DNA of 64,000 bases. It comes from Paramoeba atlantica (Eukaryota > Protista > Discosea). A program made the translations under genes and the position numbers. Shown here one piece after another: positions 54,325 through 64,000 of this stretch. How positions within the stretch are numbered: position 1 is the stretch's first letter; every line of letters starts with the position of its first letter. The stretch spans positions 434,001 through 498,000 of the forward strand of contig CDRNVI010000029.1 in assembly GCA_977017575.1 (NCBI GenBank), in the 5' to 3' direction. The notes under the pieces were generated by a model. It searched no databases. It was not told the DNA's origin and saw only the letters and a list, made by a program, of their open reading frames with translations.

Positions 54325-55446
54325 ATGCATAGCACGAAAAAACGAAGTAGTGCAAAGAAAGATACAAATGAGTCCTCGAAATTAGCGAAAAAAGTTCGTG
54401 GCAAGGGCATCAAAGGTTCCGTAACGCAGAAAGTTGTTACGGACGAAGACACCCAGGTGAACCCACTTTGTGTCGGATGCGAAGCCGTAATAGGAGAGTC
54501 AGTGTCGTGTCGTTGTACATGTTGCGAACGGGTTTTTCATAGAGAGTGTGTTCTCTATTTGGGAAACAACAAGATGAAACCACGGATTCGAATAAAATGT
54601 CCTTATTGTCTTTTTCAAGAACGAGTCATTAGCAACCATGATTTGGATTCAACACTCTTGGAAGAAGCTAAAACATTCAACAAACAGGGGTATGTCGTTC
54701 CTACTTGCTTGGGCTTCTTATCCAGAGAGGCGAAGGATTTACAAGTTCTCATTATGAACGAGTTTGATCGTCTCTCTGAGGCATTTGCCTACCAAACTCG
54801 AGTACTTGATCCAACCGAAGGATTTTCGAACTTTAGGCAAAGGGGCTCGGGGCGCTTTGAGATTATTCCGCATTGGCTTCAGAATTATGTTGATGAAAAA
54901 CTTTCGCCACTTCCGTGGCTACCGCTTGTAAGAGCTATATTAGGTCCCGATTTCGTGTCACATGGGATGGGTGTTTTTATCAGTACGCCCGGTGCAGAAG
55001 CACAAAAGTATCACACGGACGGACCTTGCTTGGACTACACGCGGGATCTACCGTGCCATGCACTGAACGTGTTCGTAGCTTTGGACGACGTAGGCCCGAA
55101 AAACGGTACTGAAATTATTCCAGAATCTCACCGAAAGTATATGACGGAAAGCAGTGATCGACCTCTTTTTTCTAAGAAGCCTTTGAAAAAAAAGAAATCG
55201 TCTTCGACCCCAATACAGAATAGGGAAACCTTTCCTAGGAGACCAACTAAAGATTCAGTGGTACCTGTCGTCACCAGTGGTGACATTTACCTGTTTGATT
55301 ATCGAGTGCGACATCGCGGAGTCAGAAATGCGACAGGAATGTCACGACCATGTGTGTATTTCACGTACACCGTGCCTTGGTATCACGACGTATATAACTT
55401 TAGCAAGAGGAGGTACAGAAGTGCTTTAATTCCAGTAGCGGAATAG
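54325..55446 (+). CDS. PHD-finger plus PhyH-like 2OG-Fe(II) dioxygenase
   Basis: CVGC...CTCCERVFHREC...CPYC (C4HC3), followed by QKYHTD, LNVFVALDD, IIPESH and GDIYLFDYRVRHRG..N...RP. Confidence 0.78.
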   Translation: MHSTKKRSSAKKDTNESSKLAKKVRGKGIKGSVTQKVVTDEDTQVNPLCVGCEAVIGESVSCRCTCCERVFHRECVLYLGNNKMKPRIRIKCPYCLFQERVISNHDLDSTLLEEAKTFNKQGYVVPTCLGFLSREAKDLQVLIMNEFDRLSEAFAYQTRVLDPTEGFSNFRQRGSGRFEIIPHWLQNYVDEKLSPLPWLPLVRAILGPDFVSHGMGVFISTPGAEAQKYHTDGPCLDYTRDLPCHALNVFVALDDVGPKNGTEIIPESHRKYMTESSDRPLFSKKPLKKKKSSSTPIQNRETFPRRPTKDSVVPVVTSGDIYLFDYRVRHRGVRNATGMSRPCVYFTYTVPWYHDVYNFSKRRYRSALIPVAE

Positions 55447-55978
55447 CAATCGTTCAACCTGTATAAAATAAATCCTTATACAGTCTTCATGAAACATACC
55501 TGTGACTTACTGCTCGAATGTGTTTATGATCGTTGGCCTAACGGGGTTTGATCGGTTTTAGGGGTTGCATTGGGTTTGATTTTATGAATAAATTCATACA
55601 CGAAAGTTGCGTACCTTCCTACCAAATTTTTAAACTGAACCAGATGTACAGTTCGCCGAGTATAGAAAGATACGTACGGCATGATATTTTTAGTTGTGTT
55701 CTAAATTGAACTTTGAAGTGGTTAAAAGTTAGAGTACAAGTGATGGGTATATTCTTTAAATGACATAGTTTTAGTACTTCCATTCTATTTGATAGTTGCA
55801 TTTGATTTTGGCGATGTGATTTTTGGTCTACGAAGCCAATTTTCATACGAATTTATTTCACGGAAATATCTGACGTACAGAACTGAAACACCTGGTGTAC
55901 TGTCATGCTATGTAAATTTGAAGCGGTTGCATTAATTTCCAATTGTCTAGTATCACTTTACTATAGTCTACCTGTATC

Positions 55979-58378
55979 ATGCAAGTTATTAAGCACGATG
56001 GGACGTCTGCCCCACTTGATGCGACGAAGCTTAAGACACGGGTTACTCACGTTCTGGGTTCAGACATCGATAGGAATTATGTGGATCCCGATGTTGTCGT
56101 CGATGCTACAGTAAAAGGGGCGCACAACAATATGACTACCGCGAAGCTCGACGAATTACTTTGCCAAACGGCGGCGTACCTGTCCACAAAACATCCAGAT
56201 TACGGATTGCTTGCCGGTCGGCTGGCTGTCACAAGCTTAAGGAAGCGTACCCCATCTTCTTTTTCTCAGGCAGTTGAGTTGCTCAAAAATTATATCAATC
56301 CTAAAAACAACGCGGCAAATCCGTTAGTTTCTAATGAATTGTACGAAATTGTTAAGTCTAATGCTCAACGCCTGAATGACGCAATCAGGCAGGAAAGAGA
56401 CCTCACCTACGAATACTTCGGCTTCAAAACACTCGAACGGTCTTACCTAATACGGACAGAAAACAAGGATGGATCATCTCAGGTGGTGGAAAGGCCGCAA
56501 TACATGTTGATGAGAGTTGCAATCGGTATCCACGGACCCGATTTAAAGCGCGCACTACAAACCTATGAGTACCTCTCGCTCGGACTCTTCACGCATGCTA
56601 CCCCAACTCTGTACAACGCTGGAACGCCCCGTCCTCAAATGAGCTCCTGTTTCCTCATTGCTCTCAAAGAGGATTCCATCGAAGGAATTTATGACACGCT
56701 GAAGACTTGTGCCCTTATTAGCAAGAATTCCGGAGGCATCGGACTGCACGTTCATGCGTGTCGTAGCGCAGGGTCCTATATTCGTGGTACAAATGGAGAA
56801 TCGAATGGGCTTGTGCCAATGCTGCGCGTGTTCAACGATACAGCACGTTACGTTGACCAAGGTGGGGGAAAGCGCAAAGGATCATTTGCGATCTACTTGG
56901 AGCCGTGGCATGCAGATATAATTGAATTCCTTCAGCTTAAGAAAAACACTGGAAAAGAAGAAATTCGAGCCCGCGACCTATTTTATGGTCTGTGGATGCC
57001 AGACCTTTTTATGAAGCGCGTGCAGACAAAAGGCAAGTGGTCGTTGTTTGATCCGAAACGTGCTCCAGGCCTAAGTGATACTTGGGGAAAAGATTTTGAG
57101 AAGCTCTACGAGCGCTATGAATCCGAAGGGAAGGCACAGAAAGTGATCGAGGCGCAGGAACTATGGTTCGCAATTATTGAATCTCAGATAGAAACCGGAA
57201 CACCGTATATTATGTACAAGGATAGTTGCAATGCGAAAACGAACCAACAAAACTTGGGAACCATCAAATGCAGTAATTTATGTACCGAGATCGTTGAGTA
57301 CACAGCTCCCGATGAAGTAGCTGTTTGTAATCTGGCTTCCCTTGCTTTGCCAAAGTTTGTGAATCCTGATCGAAAAAGTTTTGACTTCGACAAGCTTCGA
57401 CAAATCGTGCGCACGGCAACAAGAAATCTAAATCTTGTAATTGACAAAAACTTTTATCCTGTTCCAGAAGCCGAGCGCAGCAACATGAGGCACCGACCCA
57501 TCGGACTCGGCGTGCAGGGACTTGCCGACGTATTCCTTATGATGCACCTTCCCTTCACATGTCCTGAAGCGCAAACCTTGAATGAGGACATATTCGAAAC
57601 TATATATTTCGCTGCTTTGGAGGAAAGCTGTACCGTCGCCGAGGAGTCTGGGCCTTATCAGACATATGAAGGATCGCCGGTTAGCAAAGGCATCCTGCAA
57701 TTTGATATGTGGGGAAGAAAACCCAAAAGTGGGCGATGGGATTGGGAAGGCTTGCGCAAGAGCATTGCGATCACAGGAATCCGGAACTCTCTACTTGTGG
57801 CTCCGATGCCAACGGCTTCTACTTCTCAAATTCTTGGCAACAATGAATGCTTTGAGCCATATACCAGTAACATGTACCTTCGCAGAGTGCTCAGCGGAGA
57901 GTTTCCTGTGATCAACAAACATCTTGTCCGAGACCTTGTTTCTGAAGGGCTTTGGAATGAGGAAACTCGGAATCAGCTTATGGCGGACAATGGTAGTGTA
58001 CAAAAGATCTCTGGACTCACCTCTGCCCTCAAAGACATTCATCGTACAGTGTGGGAAATAAAGCAAAAAGATATTATAGACATGGCTGCTGCACGAGCTG
58101 CATATATTGATCAGTCTCAAAGCCTCAATCTGTTTCTTGAGTCTCCAACAAGTGGAATGCTTACTTCAATGCACTTTTATGCCTGGAAAATGGGTCTGAA
58201 AACTGGAATATATTACCTGCGCTCTCGTCCTGCAGTCGACGCAATTAAATTTACAGTGGACTCCACGTCACTGAAGACCTCTGGGACGAAACGACCGATG
58301 CAAGATAATGCTGCAGATTCAACTAAGGCAGCGAAAAGCTCCCCAGTTGAGGAAGAATGCATCGCCTGCGGTTCATAG
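55979..58378 (+). CDS. RNR1: Ribonucleoside-diphosphate reductase large subunit (class Ia)
   Basis: N-terminal ATP cone, [60 protein letters not shown] and C-terminal CIACGS. Confidence 0.98.
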   Translation: MQVIKHDGTSAPLDATKLKTRVTHVLGSDIDRNYVDPDVVVDATVKGAHNNMTTAKLDELLCQTAAYLSTKHPDYGLLAGRLAVTSLRKRTPSSFSQAVELLKNYINPKNNAANPLVSNELYEIVKSNAQRLNDAIRQERDLTYEYFGFKTLERSYLIRTENKDGSSQVVERPQYMLMRVAIGIHGPDLKRALQTYEYLSLGLFTHATPTLYNAGTPRPQMSSCFLIALKEDSIEGIYDTLKTCALISKNSGGIGLHVHACRSAGSYIRGTNGESNGLVPMLRVFNDTARYVDQGGGKRKGSFAIYLEPWHADIIEFLQLKKNTGKEEIRARDLFYGLWMPDLFMKRVQTKGKWSLFDPKRAPGLSDTWGKDFEKLYERYESEGKAQKVIEAQELWFAIIESQIETGTPYIMYKDSCNAKTNQQNLGTIKCSNLCTEIVEYTAPDEVAVCNLASLALPKFVNPDRKSFDFDKLRQIVRTATRNLNLVIDKNFYPVPEAERSNMRHRPIGLGVQGLADVFLMMHLPFTCPEAQTLNEDIFETIYFAALEESCTVAEESGPYQTYEGSPVSKGILQFDMWGRKPKSGRWDWEGLRKSIAITGIRNSLLVAPMPTASTSQILGNNECFEPYTSNMYLRRVLSGEFPVINKHLVRDLVSEGLWNEETRNQLMADNGSVQKISGLTSALKDIHRTVWEIKQKDIIDMAAARAAYIDQSQSLNLFLESPTSGMLTSMHFYAWKMGLKTGIYYLRSRPAVDAIKFTVDSTSLKTSGTKRPMQDNAADSTKAAKSSPVEEECIACGS

Positions 58379-58857
58379 CATCAAAAAATCAAGCTACGCT
58401 ATCGCAATTCGTTGTTTCATATTTTGCGCTACTATAGTACAATAGAGAAAATATATGCAAATGATAAGACTAGTATTTCTTCTCCTCGTATCCCTCCACG
58501 TATACGTAGAATGATAGGTAAAGTTATATTTTTTTTTGCAGACAGGCAGACCGGCAATAATAGAGTTTAACGATATAAATACTAAAGAGGCGTTCTGATA
58601 GGTTTTATACTAGTCAATTTAAAGTGTAGAATAATGCACCTTACACAATGATTTCGTCGCAGATATGTTTTTAAACGATGTTTCTTCAATGCTTAAACAT
58701 TCCAAATAGTTTGTGCGAACAATTATGAAGTGAATGCTGTTCAGAACGGTGCCTATTTTTCAGAAAATTTCTTCAAAAATTCTGCATGTGAGCATGACAA
58801 CCGCTAAATGTTTGGAATTTGTAAAGTTCATTAAATTCTATTTGTTATTATTTCTGC

Positions 58858-59490
58858 ATGTCTTGCCACTTCTTTGCGTCTGATATTCAACGATTTTTCA
58901 TTCTCCCTAGGAGAAAAATCAAATGTACGTTTTTAACACATACGACTAGGGATACTTCATCCTCTGGTTTGCAGGAAGGGCCACCTGATGATTCTGAATC
59001 ATATTCTACAACGGACGAACGTGTCTCCCTCAAGCATGCGACTGATCACGACAACAACGATACGAAGGGATCGAGAATGAACAATTACGCGAATAGAATA
59101 CGATTTGCAAAGAATTATGAGAAATACAAACGTTTAGATGCGGAAACTCCTTTTGGGAAGTTGCGTCGTTCACTCCCAGCTGTGAGCAGAACTCTGCAGT
59201 TTTCTGGAAGTCCATTTTCTGACGAAGAATATGCGACACGTTGCTGGGGATGGTACAGAAACGATGTCGTCAGCCTACTGGGGCCTCAAGATAAGAGGGA
59301 TATTTGGACATGTGTAAGATATCTTCAAGAGAATCCGATTTGCACTACCTCTTGTGACTACTGTCATCTGGAGCGATCGATGAGATCGTTGTACACACAT
59401 TATTGGGAGTGTAAAATATGTGGAGCTTGTTTTAAGCATCTACTAACCCGGTGTTCCCGTTGCAATTCTTATGTTATATCGAAGTGTTAA
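58858..59490 (+). CDS. Hypothetical protein with C-terminal Cys pairs (zinc ribbon-like)
   Basis: CDYC and WECKICG...CSRC. Start codon uncertain. Confidence 0.55.
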   Translation: MSCHFFASDIQRFFILPRRKIKCTFLTHTTRDTSSSGLQEGPPDDSESYSTTDERVSLKHATDHDNNDTKGSRMNNYANRIRFAKNYEKYKRLDAETPFGKLRRSLPAVSRTLQFSGSPFSDEEYATRCWGWYRNDVVSLLGPQDKRDIWTCVRYLQENPICTTSCDYCHLERSMRSLYTHYWECKICGACFKHLLTRCSRCNSYVISKC

Positions 59491-60036
59491 ACTTGCTTAG
59501 AAAACGGTACGGCTATAAAGTTTTTATTTAGCCGGATTCTCGATATTAATACAGCGCATGTAGTACTGTTGCAAATTGTACATCAAGTTGTTGATAAATT
59601 CAATATGCATATTTATCATTTCATCTTTATTTCATTTTATAGTATTTTTGCCCTATGTTATTTTGCTTTATTTGTTTGCTTGCGCTTTATCTTTCTTTAT
59701 CTCGTTTGTATTTTTCTCAAAGTGCTATCGTGATGAGCTATCATGTACCTTGTTACTTGCTCTGTAAATGTCAACAATTCTGACCGTCATAATCGTCTAA
59801 TGACTCATTCGACTACTTCATAATTTCTAGAATGTGCTATTTGTGACTCTTTTATTTATGACTCGTTCAATGTAGACGTGTCTATGATACTTTAAAATTG
59901 GTGAAGAAAGAAAACATTTTATACGAAAAGTTCTGTGTTTAATAAATCTCCCCTATAGCTTAAACGGAGGACTACGTTGCATGAACTAATTTTTTAAGGA
60001 AACTACTTTCCATGAATGTATAGTTCTTGAGCGAAT

Positions 60037-60762
60037 GTGACACACAGTTGTACATCAATGCGCTCTATATTTTGGAGACGCCAGAAAAAAAGGAAAAGTT
60101 TCTTTCGTTCCAAAGCATTCCGAAAATCCTTTAAAAAGAATATAGTGGTGTTCCGCTGCTATCATTCACAATCTTTAAAAAACGTGATTCAGCATAAGAT
60201 TCGCCCTATTCGTAAAGCTAATGAACACGTTTCCATGCGGAAAAGCAGTCAAGTAACTAATGAAACAAGATTATCTGCGAATAGTATATCTTTAAAGGAA
60301 ACTCCTTTTCGACTTCTTGTTACTGATAGGCAAGTAGGCGCATCGAGGAAAAGTACCTCGTACAACGAAAAGGAGTCTGCTGGTACACATTTCTTCATTA
60401 AAGTCAAAAGTAAAGGACGTGTTGAAAATTACTCCCGCGTAGCGATGAGTTATTTAGAACTAGAAGCGCAGCAAGTCGTGTGTTGGATAGAGTCTTCGTA
60501 TTACCAGAAAACTAAGAATTCTCACGTAGTTCGCATAGAAGGTGAGTCACCTTCGGACGCTTGTATGACAATAGCAACAGCGCAGCGCATTAAACGCTTT
60601 CTAAATATATTATCCCCTGAGCAGCTGAAGAACGATATTGAGGAATCACCTAGGATATTGGCCGCAACAGCGCATCCATCGATTGTCACTGTTGGTCAAC
60701 ATAATGTATTCGATATATCGCTCCCTGGTCTTCTTAGAATAGAGCTGTACCGAATACCATGA
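60037..60762 (+). CDS. Hypothetical protein
   Basis: 241-codon ORF co-oriented with the cluster. Start uncertain and no motif recognised. Confidence 0.45.
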   Translation: MTHSCTSMRSIFWRRQKKRKSFFRSKAFRKSFKKNIVVFRCYHSQSLKNVIQHKIRPIRKANEHVSMRKSSQVTNETRLSANSISLKETPFRLLVTDRQVGASRKSTSYNEKESAGTHFFIKVKSKGRVENYSRVAMSYLELEAQQVVCWIESSYYQKTKNSHVVRIEGESPSDACMTIATAQRIKRFLNILSPEQLKNDIEESPRILAATAHPSIVTVGQHNVFDISLPGLLRIELYRIP

Positions 60763-61373
60763 GGAATTTCAGATGAAAGTCGAACGAGTCCTTTCCAAAC
60801 ACTAAATTATGACGTACTTTATTTCCCTTTACTGGTGAAGCTAAATGACTTTACGTATTAAAGGTCTCTTTGTCGGAGAAAGGCCTTCTTTGGTTATGTG
60901 TGGCACTACTTCAGGAACGGCCTTTTCGTGTAGAGAATCTGTCATACATACACAGCTCAGAGTGCGAACGAGAAGCTGGAGGCCTCATCGCTAAATCTAC
61001 TGACTGTAGAAGTGTCCGTTTGTCTTTTGTATTCTTTCAACTATACTTGAAACGCACATTGAGCAAACAAGAAATACGCACTGTTGAGATGCGCCCCTTA
61101 TTGTTCTTATGTACACGTTAATCTTCCGGGGAAGCCAACACTCGAAGATTTTATGTCGTGTTTTCAGACCACCTGCTTGACCGCGCCTTAACCAAAAAAT
61201 GAGAAAGGGATAGTGCTCACTATTATTTTTTATATTCACAATGTTCGACCCTAGCTGTAATATTCTGCGGTGGAGGTATTTAATTTTTCCCTATTTCAAC
61301 TACTTCTACCGGCTTAATTTTTCAACCCAATCACCATTGACACCCTCCTTTTTCTACGTCCATTTTCGACAAC

Positions 61374-62081
61374 ATGAATACCCCTCAACCTGGAATAAAG
61401 TCCGAGGGCGTTCACGTGCTGATGTCGCGCAAGGACGCCACCACCCCCTGGGGTCTTACCCTCTTCGAGGACTCCTGGACGGTCAACGCCATGCGGCCAG
61501 CGGGCATCGCCGAGCGCAGCGGCCTGCGGGAGGGGGACCAAATCCTGCAGGTCAACGGCATCTCCGTGTACTCCCCGGTCGCGCGCAGCATTATGGGTGC
61601 GCAGGCTGTGGTGCACCTGGACGTACAACGACCGGTCGTCACCCAGAGTGCGGTCGCACAACGCGAAGCCCCGAGTGCGGGGGACCGGGAAAAGGAGAAG
61701 GAAGAGACATGTCGGGGGGAAGGTGAAACCCACGCGAGCAAGCTACCCCCCGCCGGGGTCATGGTTCGCGAGCGTCAGCTTTTTCAGGAGAAGATTCTAG
61801 CGGAACGTACCGGGATATTGCGTGAGGAGATGGGGCGGAGAGGCAAAATTAACCACGAGTTTGCTGTGTGTCCTGAAGTGCACCATGAGATTCTTCTCCA
61901 TAGAGCAAGGAAACAGCATGAGCATTGCAAGGCACGAGAACTACAACAACAAGAGTGTGAACGTGAGAAGATGCGAAAAATTGTGCGTATTGCATTTGGT
62001 TCACTATCTCCTTATCCAACGTTTGCCCATTTTCTTGCCCAACAGAAATGTCCTGGTGTAGCTGGAACGTCAACCAAATAA
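61374..62081 (+). CDS. PDZ-domain protein with coiled-coil C-terminus
   Basis: PWGLTL...VNAMRPAGIAERSGLREGDQILQVNG. Confidence 0.78.
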   Translation: MNTPQPGIKSEGVHVLMSRKDATTPWGLTLFEDSWTVNAMRPAGIAERSGLREGDQILQVNGISVYSPVARSIMGAQAVVHLDVQRPVVTQSAVAQREAPSAGDREKEKEETCRGEGETHASKLPPAGVMVRERQLFQEKILAERTGILREEMGRRGKINHEFAVCPEVHHEILLHRARKQHEHCKARELQQQECEREKMRKIVRIAFGSLSPYPTFAHFLAQQKCPGVAGTSTK

Positions 62082-62359
62082 TAACTTTAAGAAATGCTTG
62101 TCTCGGTGTCCCTTTGTTCATAGAGACGTTCGTGGTACAAGTAGTATAAGGCTCCTGCTACAAGTAGTACAAGGTTCGTAGTACAAGTTCGTAGTGCTGA
62201 TATGAATGTATTACGTGGATGTGGCGGTACAGTATTTCTGTGACGTAGAGTATTGCCTAAGTAGTGGAGTTTTCAAGAGCCTTTTTTGTTTGGGGTAGAG
62301 AAAGAGAATACATAGAAAAATAGGCAAATAAACAATTAGACTCTTTTATTCATGCGTAG

Positions 62360-64000
62360 ATGAAGGTCATTTATCCAGGTGCGCATCATTCGGATTCAAA
62401 TTTGTCCTTGTGGACTGAATCTCAAGTTCTTCTGTCGCAAAGCGTGCTGAATTGGTTGACGCCGACGTTGGGCATCACTGCTTTAGATTGTTGTAAGCCA
62501 GAATTTTCTGAGTTTAGTAGAGATACGAATGATGATACACGTATTGATGTGTCGCAAGCAGAGACATCATCTTCCTCTTTTTTGGGTAGTAGTAGGTCAA
62601 CAAGCTTCTTGCTGTCACGCAAAAAATATCACCTGGACGCAGTATTATCCAAAAGTTGTGGAATAATTCACTCACGAACTCCTTTTTGTCTTGTGAACTG
62701 GTGTGTTAGTCCGTGCTGTCTTTTCGATAAAGGCTTTCCGATAGTTCTCATTAATATGCTAAAACCAAATGGTATGGCATTGTGTGCACTTGAATTCGAT
62801 AAGGAATTTCAATTAACCACTCTTTGGAACCTTAACTCGAACGATGACGTCAATTTCGGAGCAACGCGTCATTCATTCCGTACAACTTTTGCTCGCCAGA
62901 CCTGTTTCACGGGGTCCTGGGAAATGCAACATGGAAGTTCACAAAGGAAATGTTGGAGTATTTATTTGCTTACAACAACTTGGAATCAAATACAGACTTA
63001 CTTAGTTAATCAACATCCTGAAGTTGGTGTATTGTCTTTTACCTTGCAGTATCATCGATGCTTTGAACTCTGGTTAACGTCTCCGCCCACGACTCTTTTC
63101 GAAACCATAGAAAATACAACCGAGCTTTCAAAAATCTGTCTGATAGGATGCACTGATGGTTCGTTATGGCAATATGTTCTTCCTATTAAGCGTAAAGATA
63201 GGCCTCGAATTAAAAGAATTTTGTTACCCGATCCATCATTTCACCTCCCATTAAACAAAGATGAAATTTGTTATTCAAAATATGTTACTGCTGAGCTTGA
63301 TATACAGGAAATATGGATGAGTGATTTCAATCCTCCTCGAAGCCTTCCGTTGTTTACTTATTGTGTCCGTCACTATGACCAGCAACGCCTGAAAGTTGTG
63401 AGTTGGACAGTAGTTGTATATTCCAGTGTTCTCGTCTGGACAAAAGATACAAAGAAACGTTTAACGCCCCGACGAAGTGTATCGAATGACTACAAACAAG
63501 CAAGAAAGTGTGTGGCACAACCACTTTGCAAAACTTTCGCTGCCGAATGCGTCCGTGCAGCTGGTCTCACAGACTTCGGCCATTCTGTGACTATTATGAC
63601 GGCCACCCGTATATTACGGTTTGAGCCGCCTCGCAAGCAGTGTTGTGCAACTCAAAGTACGTTGCGATCTACAGAATACGTTCTAGTGAATCCAACTCTT
63701 CTCCACGAAGGAAATATGTATCCTAAGAAAGGACTTCCAACACTGTCGGGTCTGGAGGAAAACAAAAATATTTATGAATTCTACGAAAATTCTCATTCAC
63801 TATCCGGAGAATTGGGTACGGCAAATATCACAGAGCCCCCTGCTACGAATGATCATGATGGGTCAATTAATTTGAAATCGACGTGGATTTCATCCTCATT
63901 TCCGCATTCCATTTCGGTTTCCCCGACATTCAGCCGCGTCGCGCTTTACTTTTATGCATCAAAAACAAATGCAGACAAGGTATTTAGTTCTGATCATTTA
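62360..64000 (+). CDS. Large hypothetical protein, truncated by the window edge and absent from the ORF track
   Basis: Manual translation from ATG 62360 (MKVIYPGAHHSDSN...) stays open to the last base, 547 codons. Confidence 0.7.
   Translation, partial: MKVIYPGAHHSDSNLSLWTESQVLLSQSVLNWLTPTLGITALDCCKPEFSEFSRDTNDDTRIDVSQAETSSSSFLGSSRSTSFLLSRKKYHLDAVLSKSCGIIHSRTPFCLVNWCVSPCCLFDKGFPIVLINMLKPNGMALCALEFDKEFQLTTLWNLNSNDDVNFGATRHSFRTTFARQTCFTGSWEMQHGSSQRKCWSIYLLTTTWNQIQTYLVNQHPEVGVLSFTLQYHRCFELWLTSPPTTLFETIENTTELSKICLIGCTDGSLWQYVLPIKRKDRPRIKRILLPDPSFHLPLNKDEICYSKYVTAELDIQEIWMSDFNPPRSLPLFTYCVRHYDQQRLKVVSWTVVVYSSVLVWTKDTKKRLTPRRSVSNDYKQARKCVAQPLCKTFAAECVRAAGLTDFGHSVTIMTATRILRFEPPRKQCCATQSTLRSTEYVLVNPTLLHEGNMYPKKGLPTLSGLEENKNIYEFYENSHSLSGELGTANITEPPATNDHDGSINLKSTWISSSFPHSISVSPTFSRVALYFYASKTNADKVFSSDHL

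Overview
This is gene-dense, apparently intron-free eukaryotic DNA. About 28 host genes all lie on the + strand, as one directional, polycistron-like cluster. Enolase, kinesin-13, eL19 and a long bS16m-like protein look kinetoplastid-like; this is inferred from recalled family sequences. Host genes include TRM1, a C2H2 protein, SDHAF3, DnaJ, NSUN2, RPL6, kinesin-13, USP, RPL19, ALG9, BTB, PIG-C, fibrillarin, a bromodomain protein, NTF2-like, enolase, RRP42, TANGO2, APH-1-like, LAS1, bS16m, PHD-PhyH, RNR1 and PDZ. Intergenic space is full of decayed mobile DNA: two pogo (DD30D) relics, a Tc1 (DD34E) transposase, a Tc1/IS630-type MITE family (4 copies), a BED-finger hAT derivative, two GAGGGG-ended MITEs, a Hero/NeSL-like RLE retrotransposon and two tandem CRE-like retrotransposon copies. 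Most interesting: (1) a near-complete twister-ribozyme fold on the minus strand at the 3' end of the RLE retroelement, whose 5' part recurs inverted just upstream of the element; (2) a ~220-nt covarying RNA structure in the 3' UTR of both CRE-like copies; (3) four MER3/HFM1-type zinc motifs at the retroelement N-terminus; (4) GC-rich islands whose strand skew flips from C to G mid-gene.
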